From Squalus acanthias (taxonomy: Eukaryota): a DNA stretch of 64,000 bases. A program made the translations under genes and the position numbers. The notes under the pieces were generated by a model. It was not told where the DNA came from and did no database searches. It worked only from the letters and a program-made list of their open reading frames with translations. Location: NCBI GenBank assembly GCA_030390025.1, contig CM059428.1, positions 147,188,001 to 147,252,000 of the forward strand, given 5' to 3'. Below are positions 24,501 through 37,739 of this stretch, one piece after another. How positions within the stretch are numbered: the stretch's first letter is position 1; each line of letters starts with the position of its first letter.

Positions 24501-25485
24501 TCTTTTCTACTCCTATATGCTGGTGCCCATCCCCGTCAAGCTAGTTTAAACCCTCCCCAACAGCACTAACAAACATCCCCGCGAGAATATTAGTCCCAGC
24601 TCTGTTGAGGTGTAACCCGTCCGGCTTGTACAGGTCCCACCTTCCCCAGAAACGGTCCCAAAGCCTCAGGAATCTAAAGCCCTCCCTCTTGTACCATCTC
24701 TCCAGCCACACATTCATCTGTTCTATCCTCCTATTCCTGTACTCACTAGCACGTGGCACCGGGAGTAATCCGGAGATTACTAACTTTGAGGTTTTGCTTT
24801 TTAATCTCTCGCCTAGCTCCCTAAACTCTGCCTGCAGGACCTCATCACTCTTTCTGCCTATGTCGTTGGTACCGATATGGACAATGACCTCTGGCTATTC
24901 ACCCTCCCCCCTCCGAGTGTCCTGCAGCCGCTCAGTGACATCCTTGACCCTGGCACCAGGGAGGCAACATACCATCCTGGAGTCACGTCTATGGCCGCAA
25001 AAACACCTATCTGCTCCCCTAACTATCGAATCCTCTACCACTATTGCTCTTCCACTCTTTTTCTTCCCCCCGTGCAGCTGAGCCACCCTTGGTGCCGTGG
25101 ACTTGCCTCTGGCTGCACTCCCCAGAGGAACCATCGCCCTCACCAGTACTCAGAAAAGAATACTGGTTGGAGAGTGCGATGCACTCTGGGGACTCCTGCC
25201 TGGTCCTCCTCTTCTGTCTGGTGGTCACCCATTCCCTATCTGCCTGCATACTCTTAAGCTGCGGGGTGACCACCTCTAGAAATATGCTATCCACATAACT
25301 CTCAGCCTCACAGATGCACCGCAGTGACTCCAGCCGCCGCTCAAGCTCCAAAACCCGGAGCTCGAGTTGCTGTAGCTGGCGATACTTCCCGCACATGTGG
25401 TCGTCCAGGCTACGCGAAGCGTCCAGGACTTCTCACATGGCACAGGATGTGCACGCCACGGGACTGAGCTGCCCTGCCATACCTC
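21548..25485 (-). mobile_element. Near full-length CR1 LINE: ORF1 (CxxC region, coiled coil, SGNH esterase) and ORF2 (APE + RT), decayed
   Basis: ORF1 pieces VACTSCAM, LELRVLELERRL, IVVEDSIVRG, CLPGARV, DGLHLN. ORF2 pieces GDFNYP, LDLVL, SDH, KSPGPD, GVPQG, FVDD. (catagagt)n tail. Confidence 0.92.
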
Positions 25486-25502
25486 TAGTGAAAAGACAAA
25501 AA

Positions 25503-26190
25503 ACTATGAGATTGCGAATTAACCCTGTCTCATTACGCAATACAAGATCTAAAATAGCCTGTTCCCTGGTTGGTTCCATGACATATTGTTCTAGGAAACT
25601 GTCCCGAATGCATTCCATGAACCTGTCCTTCAGACTTGCTTTGCCAATTTGATTTGTCCAGTCTATATGAAGATTAAAGTCCAAGATTATTGCATTAATT
25701 TTGTTGCAAGCTCCTACTATTTCTTGATTAATATTCTGTCCAAAGTATAATTACGGTTAGAGGGCCTATATACTACTCCTACCAGCGTTTTCTGCCCCTT
25801 GTTATTCCTTATCTCCACCCATACTGATTCTACTTCCTGATCTTCCGAGCCGAGATCCTTTCTCGCTACTGTCCTTATGTCATCCTTTATTATCAGGGCT
25901 ACTCCCCCTCCTTTTCCATTCTGCCTGTCTTTTCGAAACATCAAGTTCGAAACATTTAGTTCCCAACCTTGGCCACCTTGCAACCATGTCTCTGTAATGG
26001 CTATTACATCAAACCCATTTATCTCTGTGCCACTAGTTCGTCTATCTTGTTCCGAATGCTTCGTGCATTCAGATAAAGAGCCTTTAATTTAAATTTTTTA
26101 CCATTATTCCCTGCTTTGACCTTATTCTCTGCTGCACTGCTACCATTAAACTCTCTGTCCCTTCCTGTCACACTCTGCTTATTTTTAATC
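25503..26190 (-). mobile_element. CR1 APE fragment
   Basis: GGGVALIIKDDI, VYRP, DFNLHIDW and LDLVL motifs; similar to 17995-18640. Confidence 0.8.
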
Positions 26191-26699
26191 AAATTGTTTA
26201 AGTATTAAAATAACTACTTTCAAAAAAGACCTCCAATTTTGTGGTTCGACAGACATTACAGTACACAGTCAAGTATTATCTTTCACCCTGAATAAACTCA
26301 GAACACATTTAGATTGCACTTTCAATACCACATCAGCAGTTTTTAGTTAATCAGCTTATAAATGATGAAATTCAAAATAAATGTCCAATACTTATGACGT
26401 GGCTCTTTTTTTATAGGTTTTTTTCCCCCCATGTTCACATGCTACACAAGATCAAAAGGTAGCTACAGATAAGGAAGACTATTCAGCCAATTTTAGTTCA
26501 CCCATCCAGGAAGATCCCAAAGTTCCATCGCAGTACCATCTAATTTTTATTAAATAATTCCAATGTTTTTGACTCCACTATTCTATCTGGACGTCCATTT
26601 CATACGTTGATTACTCTCTGAATGACAAACTACTTCTGCATATCAATCTTAAATTTTCCCTTGACCAGTTTAAACCTGTGACCTCTTGTCCTAGGAAAT

Positions 26700-27560
26700 C
26701 AATGTAGGTCAGTAAGAACAAGAGTGATGAGTAATCACGTCTTGGTGCAGGACAGGATATATACGGCAAAGGTTTGGAGGGTGGAGCTTGGGAAATCGCC
26801 AGGGACATCGCTAGAGTAGTCAAGTCTGGAGATGACAAAGGCATGTATAGGGTTCAGTGGTGATGGAGATGAGGTATATGGGTGGAAGCGGGCAATACTG
26901 CAAAGGGCTAGGCATGTGGTCTTGGTAATGGATAGGATGTGGAATTTCAAGATCAGATCAGGGCCAAACAGGATGCCAAGACTGCAAATGGTCAGGTTCA
27001 GCATGAGAGCATGGCCAGGAAGGTGGATGGAGGGCACAGGAGCAGAGCTGGTGGTGGGGTGAAAGATAATGGCTTCAGTCTTCCTGATGTTCCGCTAGAA
27101 AAAAGTGATTCATTTAATACTTGATGTGAGCCAAACAGCGAAGAGGTGGTCAAGAAAAGTAGTGAAGTACAGCATGCATGTGAAAGTTGACTTTCTGTCT
27201 GCAGATGATGCTACCCAAGGGCAACATGAAGATAAGGAAAAGGAGGGACCAAGAATCAATCCTTTGGCGATAGATCTGAGACTATGGTGCAGGAGAGAAA
27301 AGAGAAGCCCTTGTTGGAGATGTGCTGGCTACATTGTAAATGGAATCATGCAAGAACAGTCCAAGGAGCTGGACGATGGAGGTGGCATTGGAGCAAGATG
27401 GCGTGGTCAACTATACTGAACATTGTGGAGAAGTGGAGGGTTGCAGAATAATAGTGTACCATGGTCACAAAGGATAACATTCGTGACTTTGGCTAGGGTC
27501 ATTTTGGTGCTGAGAGAAGGGCAGAAGCCAGACTGCAGATATTCTAACAGGGAATTTTGG
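26700..27560 (-). mobile_element. Old L2 LINE fragment
   Basis: IHAFVISRLDYS, HILSITKT motifs. Confidence 0.65.
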
Positions 27561-27961
27561 GAGAGATATGAGCAGGGTGACTAACCCTTTCCCTTTGTCT
27601 GCAGAATCACCGAGTCTCGACTACACTTTTCACCGCTCATCTGAAATCACTAACTCACCAAGTGGGAAATCATGGGTGTGAATCCATGTTCTACCATTCC
27701 AGGTCATAGAAAATTGCAATTATTGTGCTTCAAGCTACTGGAGTTATTTATAATTTTTAAAACTGCTTGTTAATTTAACTGTTACCAAAATTCTGCATTT
27801 TAAACTCTGAAATGCACTTAAATAATAGACTTTCTAACCTGGTTTGTCCCATAGCCACTTTCAATGCTGTGGGTGAGCATTATTGAAATGAAAGCAAAGA
27901 AGAAACAATAAGTATTTCTGCAGTGTATTTTGCATAACTCAACATATCTGAAAGAGATTTT

Positions 27962-28970
27962 CAACAACAACTTGCATTTATATAGCAATGTTAATATAGA
28001 AAAATGTCTCAAGGCGCTTCACGTAAGCATAATCAGACAAAAATCAACACTGAGTCAAAGAAGGAGATATTAGCAGAGGTGACGAATAGCTTGGTCAAAG
28101 ATGTGGGTTTTAAGGAGGGTCTTGAAGAAAGAGAGCGAGGTGGAAACAGAGAGAAAATTCAAGATCAGAAAGCCTAGACTGCTGAAGGCACGACCACCAA
28201 TAGTGGGACGAAGGGGGCCAGAGCTGGAGGAATACAGAGTTCTTGCATAGTATTACATAGTAGTTACAGCACAGAAACAGGCCATTTCTCCCAACAGGTC
28301 CATGCTGGTGTTAATGCTCTGCATGAGCCTTCTCCCACCATTCGTCGTCTAACCCCATCAACATATCCTTCTATTCCTTTCTCCCAAATGTGTTTATCAA
28401 GCTTCCCCTTAAATGCATCTATGCTAGTTGCCTCATATATTCCTTGTGGTCATGAGTTCCACACTCTAACCACTCCCTGGATAAAGAAGTTTCTCCTGAA
28501 TTCCCTATTGGATTTATTAGTGACTATCTTATATTTATGGCTCCTAGCTCTGGTCTCAGCCGCAAGTGGTAACATCTTCTCTATGTCTACCCTATCAAAC
28601 CCTTTCATAATCTTAAAGACTTCTATCAGATCACCCCTCAGACTTCTCCTTTCTAGAGAAAAGAGCCCCAGCCTGTTCAATCTTTCCTGATGGGTATAAC
28701 TTCTCAGTTCTGGTATCATCCTAATAAATCTTTTTTGCACCTTCTCCAGTGCCTGGGAGGGCTGTAGGACTGGAGAAAGTTACAGAAATAGGGAGGAATG
28801 AGGCCATGAAGGGATTTGAGCACAAGGATGAGAATTTTAAATTTGAGGTATTGGGGGACCGGGAGACATTAGGCCTGCGAGAATTGGAGTGTTCAATGAG
28901 CAGGACTTGGTAGAGGATAGGAGTTTTAGATGAGCTGATGTTTACATCGTGCAGAGGATGGGAGACCAGG
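27962..28970 (-). mobile_element. L2 3' fragment split by CR1
   Basis: Tail caacaacaacttgcatttatatagc at 27962. Confidence 0.7.
28246..28753 (-). mobile_element. CR1 3' fragment nested in L2
   Basis: LGLFSLERRSLRGDLIEVFKI...FFIQGVVRVWNS; the L2 continues on both sides. Confidence 0.85.
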
Positions 28971-29172
28971 GTGTACTACATTGTCAGAAGTGCCATCTTT
29001 TGGATGAGACATTAAACAGATGGTTCAGGTGAATGTAAAAATCCCAGAGCACTATTCGAAGAAGAACAAACTGCATTTGTCTACATAACAGTCATTTCAC
29101 TTCAAAAGTAATTAATTGGTTGTGAATCACTTTGGGATATGATAATGAATTATATAACTCTAAAAATTATTT

Positions 29173-32100
29173 TTTATTCTGGGCGTCACTGGCAAGGCCA
29201 GCATTTATTGCCCATCCCTAATTGCCCTCGAGAAGATGGTGGTGAGCCGCCTACTTGAACCGCTGCAGTCTGTGTGGTGAAGGTACTCCCACAGTACTGT
29301 TAGGGAAGGAGTTCCAGGATTTTGACCCAGCGACAATGAAGGATCGGCGATATACTTCCAAGTCAGGATGGTGTGTGACTTGGAGAGGAACTTAGAGGTG
29401 GTGGTTTTCCCATTAGCCTGCTGCCCTTGTCCTTCTAGGTGGTAGAGGTCGCGGGTTTGGGAGGTGCTGCCGAAGAAGCCTTGGCAAGTTGCTGCAGTGC
29501 ATCTTGTAGATGGTACGCCGGTGGTGGAGGGAGTGAATGTTTAAGGTGATGGATGGGGTGCCAATCAAGTGGGCTGCTTTGTCCTGGATGGTGTCAAGCT
29601 TCTTGAGTGTTGTTGGAGCTGCACTCATCCAGGCAAATGGAGAGTATTCCATCACAGTCCTTACTTATGCCTTGTAGATGGTGGAAAGGCTTTGGGGAGT
29701 CAAGAGGTGAGACACTCTGCCTCTGACCTGCTCTTGTTGCCACAGTATTTATGTGGCTGGTCCAGTTAAGTTTCTGGTCAATGGTGACCCCCAGAATGTT
29801 GATGGTGATGGATTCGGCTATGGTAATGCTGTTGAATTTCAAGGGGTGGTGGTTAGATTCTCGCTTGTTGGAGATAGTCATTGCCTGGCACTTGTGTGGC
29901 GCAAATATTACCTGCCACTTATTAGCCCAAGCCTGAATGTCGTCCAGGTCTTGTTGCATGCGGGCATGGACTGCTTCATTATCTGAGGAGTTGCAAAAGG
30001 CACTGAACACTGTGCAGTCATCAGCGAACATCCCCATTTCTGACCTTATGTTGGAGGGAAGGTCATTGATGAAGCAGCTGAAGATGCTTGGGCCTAGGAC
30101 ATTGCCTTGAGGAACTCCTGCAGCGATGTCCTGGGGCTGTGATGATTGACTTCCAACCACCACAACCATCTTCCTTTGTGCTAGGTATGACTTCAGCCAG
30201 TGGAGAGTTTTCCCTCCGATTCCCATTGACTTCAGTTTTACTAGGGCTCCTTCATGCCACACTCAGTCAAATGCTGCCTTGATGTCAAGGGCAGTCACTC
30301 TCACCTCACCTCTGGAATTCAGCTCTTTTGTCCATGTTTGGACCAAGGCTGTAATGAGGTCTGGAGCCGAGTGGTCCTGGCAGACCCCCAACTGGGCATC
30401 AGTGAACAGGTTATTGGTGAGTAAGTACCACTTGATTGCACTGTTGACGACACCGTCCATCACTTTGCTGATGATTGAGAGTAGACTGATGGGGCGGTAC
30501 TTAGCCAGATTGGATTTGTCCTGTTTTTTGTGGACAGGACATACCTGGGCAGTTTTCCCACATTGTCGGGTAGATGCCAGTGTTGTAGCTGTACTGGAAC
30601 AGCTTGGCTAGAGGCACGGCTGGTTCTGGAGCACAAGTCTTCAGCATGACAGCCGGGATGTTGTCGGGGCCCATAGCCTATGCAGTATCCAGTGCGCTCA
30701 GCCGTTTCTTGATATCACATGGAGTGAATCGAATTGGCTGAAGACTGGCTTCTGTGATGGTGGGAACCTCAGGAGGAGGCCGATATGGATCATCCAGTCG
30801 GCACTTCTGGTTGAAGATGGTTGCAAACACTTCAGCCTTGTCTTTTGCACTCATGTGCTGGGCTCCACCAGCATTGAGGATGGGGATATTCATGGAGCCT
30901 CCTCCTCCAGTTAGTTGTTTAATGGTCCACCACCATTCACGACTGGATGTGGCAGGACTACAGAGCTTTGATCTGATTCGTTGATTGTGGGATCGCTTAG
31001 CCCTGTCTATAGCATGCTGCTTCTGCTTTTTAGCTTGCATGTAGTCCTGTGTTGCAGTTTCCCCAGGTTGGCACCTCATTTTTAGGTATGCCTGGTGCTG
31101 CTCCTGGCATGCTCTTCTACACCCCTTATTGAACCAGGGTTGGTCCCCTGGCTTGATGGTAATGGTAAAGTGAGGGATATGCCGGGCCATGAGGTTACAG
31201 ATTGTGGTGGAATACAATTCTGCTGCTGCTGCTGATGGCCCACAGCACCTCATGGATGCCCAGTTTAGAGCTGCTAGATCTGTTCTGAATCTATCCCATT
31301 TAGCACGGAGGGTGTCCTCAGCGTCAAGACGGGACTTCGTCTCCACAATGATTGTGCGGTGGTCACGGCCAGATGCATCTGCGGCAGGTAGATTGGTGAG
31401 GACGCGGTCAAGTAGGTTTTTCCCTCGTGTTGGTTCTCTCACCACCTGTCGCAGGCCCAGACTGGCAGCTATGTCGTTCAGGACTCGGCCAGCTCGGTCA
31501 GTAGTGGTGCTACCGAGCCACTCTTGGTGATGGACATTGAACTCCTCCACCCAGAGTACATTCTGTGCTACTCTCAGTGCTTCTTCCAAGTGGTGTTCAA
31601 CATGGAGGAGTACTGATTCATCAGCTGAGGGAGGGCGGTAGGTGGTAATCAGCAGGTGGTTTCCTTGCCCCTGCTTGACCTGAAGCCATGAGACTTCATG
31701 GGGTCCGGAATCAATGTTGAGGACTCCCAGGGCCACTCCTTCCCGACTGTATACCACTGTGCTGCCACATCTGGTGGGTCTGTCCTGCCAGTGGGACAGG
31801 ACATACCCAGGGATGGTGATGGAGGAGTTTGGGGACACTGGCTGAAAGGTATGATTCTATGAGTATGATTCTGTCAGGCTGTTGCTTGACTAGTCTGTGG
31901 GACAGCTCTCCCAATTTTGGCACAAGTCCCCAGATGTTGGTGAGGAGGACTTTGCAGGGTCGACTGGGCTGGGTGTGCCATTGTCATGTCCGTAGCCGGT
32001 GCAGAGGTCGATGCCGGGTGGCCCGTCCGGTTTTATTCTTATTATTGCTTTTTGTAGCGGTTTGTTACAACTGAGTGGCTTGCTAGGGCAGTTAAGAATC

Positions 32101-32363
32101 AACCACATTGCTGTGGGTCAAGAGTCACTTATAAGGACGGCAGATTTCCTTCCCTAAAGAACATTAGTGAACCAGATGGGTTTTTACAACAATCCGGTAG
32201 TTTCATGGTCACCATTACTGATGCTAGCTTTTTATTCCAGATTTATTTAATTGAATTTAAATTCCCCAGCTGCCGTGGTGGGATTTGAACTCACGTCTCT
32301 GGATCATTAGTCCAGGTCTCTGGATTACTAGTCCAGTAACATAACCACTATGCTACCGTTCCC
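29173..32363 (-). mobile_element. Apparently full-length (~3.2 kb) decayed LINE: APE endonuclease + RT, no ORF1, tRNA-derived 5' head
   Basis: APE start LLTNIWGL..KLGEL..QQPD..IES at ~31950, TYRPP, FNVHH. RT motifs ALDIKAAFD, GVPQGNVLGP, FADD. 3' end ...GGGCAATAAATGCTGGCCTTGCCAG...A-rich. A/B boxes at the 5' end; possible TSD ATTATTT. Frameshifted. Confidence 0.88.
32281..32355 (-). promoter_or_regulatory. Pol III type-2 internal promoter (A and B boxes) in the LINE 5' head
   Basis: A box TAGCATAGTGG (32355-32345) and B box GAGTTCAAATCC (32292-32281), separated by a duplicated CTGGACTA.T.ATCCAGAGAC hairpin. Confidence 0.7.
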
Positions 32364-34367
32364 TATTATTTGGCAATGCTTGAACACTTTAAATGCATTC
32401 TCTATTAAAAGGATCCAGTAAATACTCTATGAATTTAAATACTTTGAAATCAGAAATAAAAGATTTTACTTTTGCTTCAATTTAATTGAACTTTCTAAGG
32501 CCTGTCTGGTACTAAATATTGGCATGTTATTTATTACAGCCAGTTCACGTTCCCTTCTACTAATGCATGTCTACACTACATGATCATGATGCACAATTAA
32601 AATAACCAAACTTGTTTTGCAGAATTCTACATAAAAGTAACAGGAATTTTTCAGTCACATGTGCACCACTGCATAGGAGACTGTTGTTCAAAAGGATAAG
32701 CTACTTGCTTTTAATTACCTAAATTAAGATGGAAAGTTTACCCTAATGAACACAAACTCCAAAAAAGTTTCCTGTGGATCAAGGAAACAAGAATAGGAAA
32801 ATCATACTATATATTAAACGGTAGCTTTACTATAATTATCCTGTCCTTTAATCATTAAACCATTTTATATTCAGGTTGTATGATATAAAGTCTGTGGTAG
32901 TAGCAGAACATTCTAATCAGCACCAGGCTATCTTTTATAAAAACATCTTTCCACAAATTTAATTGATATCATAATACTGTACTGAGAATACATACAATGT
33001 TAACAAAAAATACTGTTGATTAGATAGCAAATGCCATTATAGCTCACTGTGTCCAACTGCTGCCTTTCCTCCCCTCCCTGCCCCAATACAGCACTAAAGT
33101 CCAACAATTGTTATAATTGCATTGTCGGTTTCCTATGTGTTTAGGGAAATTGTTGCATAAAGAAAAATGTGGACATGTAGGAGTTGGAATGCACAAACAA
33201 TGCTTCACTTCCTTTTACATTCATAAATGTAACAAGGTTCCCCACTGGAAAACAAGGTGTAGCACCAAGATCAATTTAGTGCCAAATCTTAAAAATAGAT
33301 GGAGATTTCCATTCGAGAAAGACAAAACCATATCAATGATTAGCTGTAGCTGCCAGAAGTACTTTATTGAGCAGGAGGTATATCAGTAAAATTCACTGGC
33401 AATACCGAAGTGCCAGAAACTTTAGATTATGTTAAAGGTTAAAATAATTCTCAACATAAACAAGCAGTTTTGCTAGTAAGTCTAGGTTCAAATATTTTTT
33501 TTAAACCTACCTTTTGTTCCAGATACATTTCGCCTACCACAATATTATAGGTTTGATACGCAACTACTGAAAAGATAAATTCTGATGTTTCGGTTTCTTC
33601 ATACACTGTGCCAGCAGTTCAGTAAGCAGCTTACACCAACTGAGCTCTTGCAGCTGTGCGCTGCAAACATACAATCAAGCTCTGACACATAAGGAAAACA
33701 GCTGAGTGGCATCTGAGTTTACATTTGAAGTGCAGTTACTCTGCTTACTCTCCTACACCAAATTTTGTTCTGCTGAATATCAGCATAAAGAGGGAGTAAG
33801 AAATTCTAATATCTTTGCAGCATACAACAAAATTAAGATATATTAATTACAACCCACACACAAGTATCCCACACACTACATGTTATGCTTCTACTACTGA
33901 TTTAGAACAAGTAGAAAGTGACAGATCCGGTAGTATTTCATGTCTCAACTGCCAGTATAATGAATTAATTATATTAGTAGGCCGGAGATGGAGAGATATC
34001 AAATCTGTAAATTCAACATATCATTAAAGAAATTTAATAAAATCACATCCATCTATCACAGTTTACTTCTAATGGTCATATGACTGAACACATTACTCAT
34101 GGCTCCATCAACAAAAGTTCTTCCTACATCACCCCAGCAGACATCTATCAGCAAACAAATTACGCTCATTACTGGCAAAAGATGTCTACTCAGTGGTAAA
34201 AGTTAGAACTATAACTTCTTGCACTTGTTATTGTAAAAATATAGATGAGTATAAAGTGGGGAAGACCTTTTTATACTCGCATTTACTTTTTCACTAAAAA
34301 TAACTACCAGAGGAAAATGTGCCCTTAATGTTCAAGTTTCTCTAATCATTCAATCGGTGAATACATT

Positions 34368-35107
34368 GGGCCATAATTTGCGGCCCCTACGGGCATGTAT
34401 GCGGTGTGTACGCGCCCATAGGGGCCGCACAAGTTCCGGGTTTAGGCATGCGCTGCGCATGCGCTAAAACCCGGAACTTGCGATCTGTCTGATCTCCCCC
34501 CGGGAAAAGGACATCCGTGTGCAGAGAGTTGGGCTATTTGCCCAACTTCTGCCCAGCGAATGCCCATGAAATTCTTACGCCTGGTAAAAGCAGGAATAAG
34601 GCCTGCTTTCACCAGCGTAAAAGTTTTAAAAAACAGAAAAATAAAATTAAGTTATACATTTAAAAACTTGTTAAATAAAGTTTGTTTATTTTTAGCCCCT
34701 TTAAAACATGTACATTTATTTTACAAAAAATTAAATTTTTGTTTTATATATTTAATTAAATGCCATTTTAATTAATTTTAAATGTGATGTTTTTTTTAAA
34801 TTTATTTGATGTGCAGGTGTATTTTTTGGGGTATTCCCATTCATACTTATGGGGTTTCCGTACACATGGAATCCCGATAAGCATGAATGGGGATTCCCTT
34901 CTGTCATTCGTTGGTCCGGCCCACATGATCCCAGGGGCACTCGCGAACCACCTGCGCCCCTGGATACGTGGACCTCTTCCCGCGGGTACCCGGAGAGCCC
35001 CAGGACCGCGAGTCTCCGTACCTCCCAGACCACCAGGTAGGCGCGGATTTTATTTGCAGATCAGCGGCATTTCCCCGCGGGAAGCCTCCAACTGCAAATT
35101 CAGGGCC
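34368..35107. mobile_element. CpG-rich MITE with imperfect TIRs, ATT TSD and internal hairpins (PIF/Harbinger-like, inferred)
   Basis: att|gggccataatttgcgg ... ctgcaaattcagggcc|att; hairpins at 34380-34428 and 34430-34480. Confidence 0.75.
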
Positions 35108-36558
35108 ATTATATATTGTAATGTTGCGTCATACTAACCTACGGTTCCCAGGTTCCTTAGTCTGTGCTCAGTTAACCCATCTCAGTCCACATGGATGTGC
35201 AGGTGTTGCTGATCATCATCGGGCTAAGAAAGGAAAAACTATCTACATTCTAGCCACATTGTTTGCTTCTGACCTCCATGTAGTGCTCCATGAATGAAGT
35301 GGATATATCTGAACATCGGGAAAAGGCAGTGCCCATGGTCAGCTATGATAACCCACCTACATAGCCTAAAGTATTAACATTTACTCGCCAGGGTCACAGA
35401 TGGAACAAAAATACCAGAGGACTTCTGGGATCCATGATGCCCCAAAACATACAAGTTATCAACTTTGGGATCAGAGAACATTTTCTGTGTTACAGAAGTC
35501 AGTATTTATTTTTGAAGTTGGTATTACTGCACTTACAATTGGATTTTGACTCTGAAATCATTGATCTTAAGAAGATAATCTTCAATTTAAGACAAAAATA
35601 AAACATTTTGTCTGTTCAAGGATTGTTCCTTAATTTGTACTGCATTTCTGGCTACATTTTTGGTGCAGTCTCAAAAGCTAAAATAAAAAAATTATTCATT
35701 CTTGCTGAGCTGATTTAAAGTGTTCATTTCCTTCTGCCTATAGTAGTAAAGTTCAAAATGTAATTACATTTCAGCCTTCATATGATTCATTGCAATACTA
35801 CAAGAGATAATTACTTTATTTCCAAAAATAAACTAGCTACTGACAAAAGCAGTCATGTCACAAGTTTTTAACGTCCAAGTCGCATTAATCTGCAAGTACT
35901 AGAAGTGGACTAGTACCAAGCCAGAACAGTTTACAACGCTGAGGTAAAATTTCCTCTTTAATTACATTAGTAAACTGGAGTCACCCGAGTCAGTAGGGGG
36001 ATGAAAAATAGGTTTGAAGCTATTCTGCTGGCTCTTCACCATCTGGCACTACTTCGATAATTGCCCATCTGAATTGACATCCAAAATAGGCAAGTATATT
36101 GTAATGAGACTCAAATGTTGGGAATATGTAATATGACATATCTCCCATCATTTGCACTATAGTAAAGCTGGGCCTGATGAATGCCATGTATTCTTAGCAT
36201 CCAGGGTTGCTGAGGGAGCTGGATCGGTTCCTGACTGGAGCAGAGATCACATCATAGAGCAGCTAAGTGTCTATAGATAACACTTGGTCCTTGTAAATAA
36301 AATTTAAATCTCAATTGTACTAGGCAAAGTGGGAGATGGGGAATATCAAGAAAAAAAGTTAAAATTTACAGCCAGTGCGGCAGCCAATTCTCTCCACCCG
36401 CACCACCGGAGGAAGGTGACCTGGCAGTGGCAGACACACCATAGTAGCCTGTTAAAATTATTCAAATAATCCCAATGCTGGGAAATTAGCTGGGGGCAGA
36501 AGCACAGGGGAGAAGTCGTGCCCTGCCAAAGTTCTACCACCATTGCAGCAGAGACATT

Positions 36559-37297
36559 GGCCCGAATTTTGCGGTAGGAATAACGATGAGGCTATCGGCG
36601 CTCACCGTTATTATGGAGTAAATCGGACAGCAACTTCCGGCGCCTGCACATGCGCAGTTAAATGCAGAAATCAGAAAGTTGCTGTCCAATTTGCCCTGCT
36701 CCTCCACAAGCTTCGCTCCAAAGATAGCTCACTAGGAGATTCGGCATTGAAACACATGAAGGGTGTGAAGTTGTGGTACTTACCCACTAGTTACCCACTA
36801 TACATGCCAGAAAAAGTTAGGGCTGGTGCATTCAAGTGTAAGTGAATTTTTAACAGCGTGAGAAGTCTTAATTACTGCCAAACAACCTTTCTGGCAATGA
36901 AAATGTACTTTTATCAGTGTGGAGTCTCATTCCTTCAGATTTAATTACTGCTGGGGATTTTATTAAAATTGAAATAATTTTTTTTTTACTTTTTCTTTCT
37001 GTCTCTCAATCCCATCTTTCTTTCCATCTCTATTTCGCTTTCTGCACGTTTTACATTGTAATAAATATTCTAATTTATACTTCCTGGTTTAGACTCTGCA
37101 TGTCTCAGTAAGGATTAGTCAATCTGATTGGTTGACGAGCCGCGCTGTTGCTTGCCCTGCTCACACAGGTCCCGGATCCCCTGTAGAGTGAGTCACGCTG
37201 AAATGGATCTCTAACTATTGTAAGTTTCCGCACAAAAGCCCACGAAAAGCATAATGAACAGCGCCGTTCCTTCGCCACTGATCGCAAACTCCAGGCC
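36559..37297 (+). mobile_element. Non-autonomous DNA transposon, family copy 2
   Basis: att|ggcccgaattttgcg ... cgcaaactccaggcc|ata; collinear with 53222-53955. Confidence 0.75.
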
Positions 37298-37739
37298 ATA
37301 AATTTGTTCCGCTGTTGTTTTTATTAGGCAAGCTGACTTCTGCATGTAAGCAGGCACTTCCAATTGTTTTCGATTAGAACAAAAAGAAAATTAATGTAAA
37401 CACCTTATATATAAACCGATTTATAATGCAGTTTTATGCCAGTACTTCTTTGAAAACATTGTGACACTGCAGCACAGTTAAACTACCTTTTTGCACTGAT
37501 CAAAAATCAGTGATTAGCAAGACTCTGTGCATGTGTGTTCTTAAAAGCTTAAGGAAAACACAAAAAAAAACCTGTTTAGATGTTCATTTCTATTAACTTT
37601 CTCCACCTATAGTGGGAGAGAGATTGAAAATGAGATTGTGGGAGCAACAACCATCAGTCTATGTAGCAGGGAAAAGAAACTTTAGCCTTTACTTGGAGAG
37701 TAGCAGGAAGCACAGTAGATGATGCAAGATAGAATCATA

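Noticed and set aside
30678-31838. 386-aa ORF as a domesticated endonuclease gene
   Set aside because: It is part of a frameshifted LINE with degenerate catalytic motifs (EEFN for GDFN) and internal deletions relative to the copy at ~61 kb.
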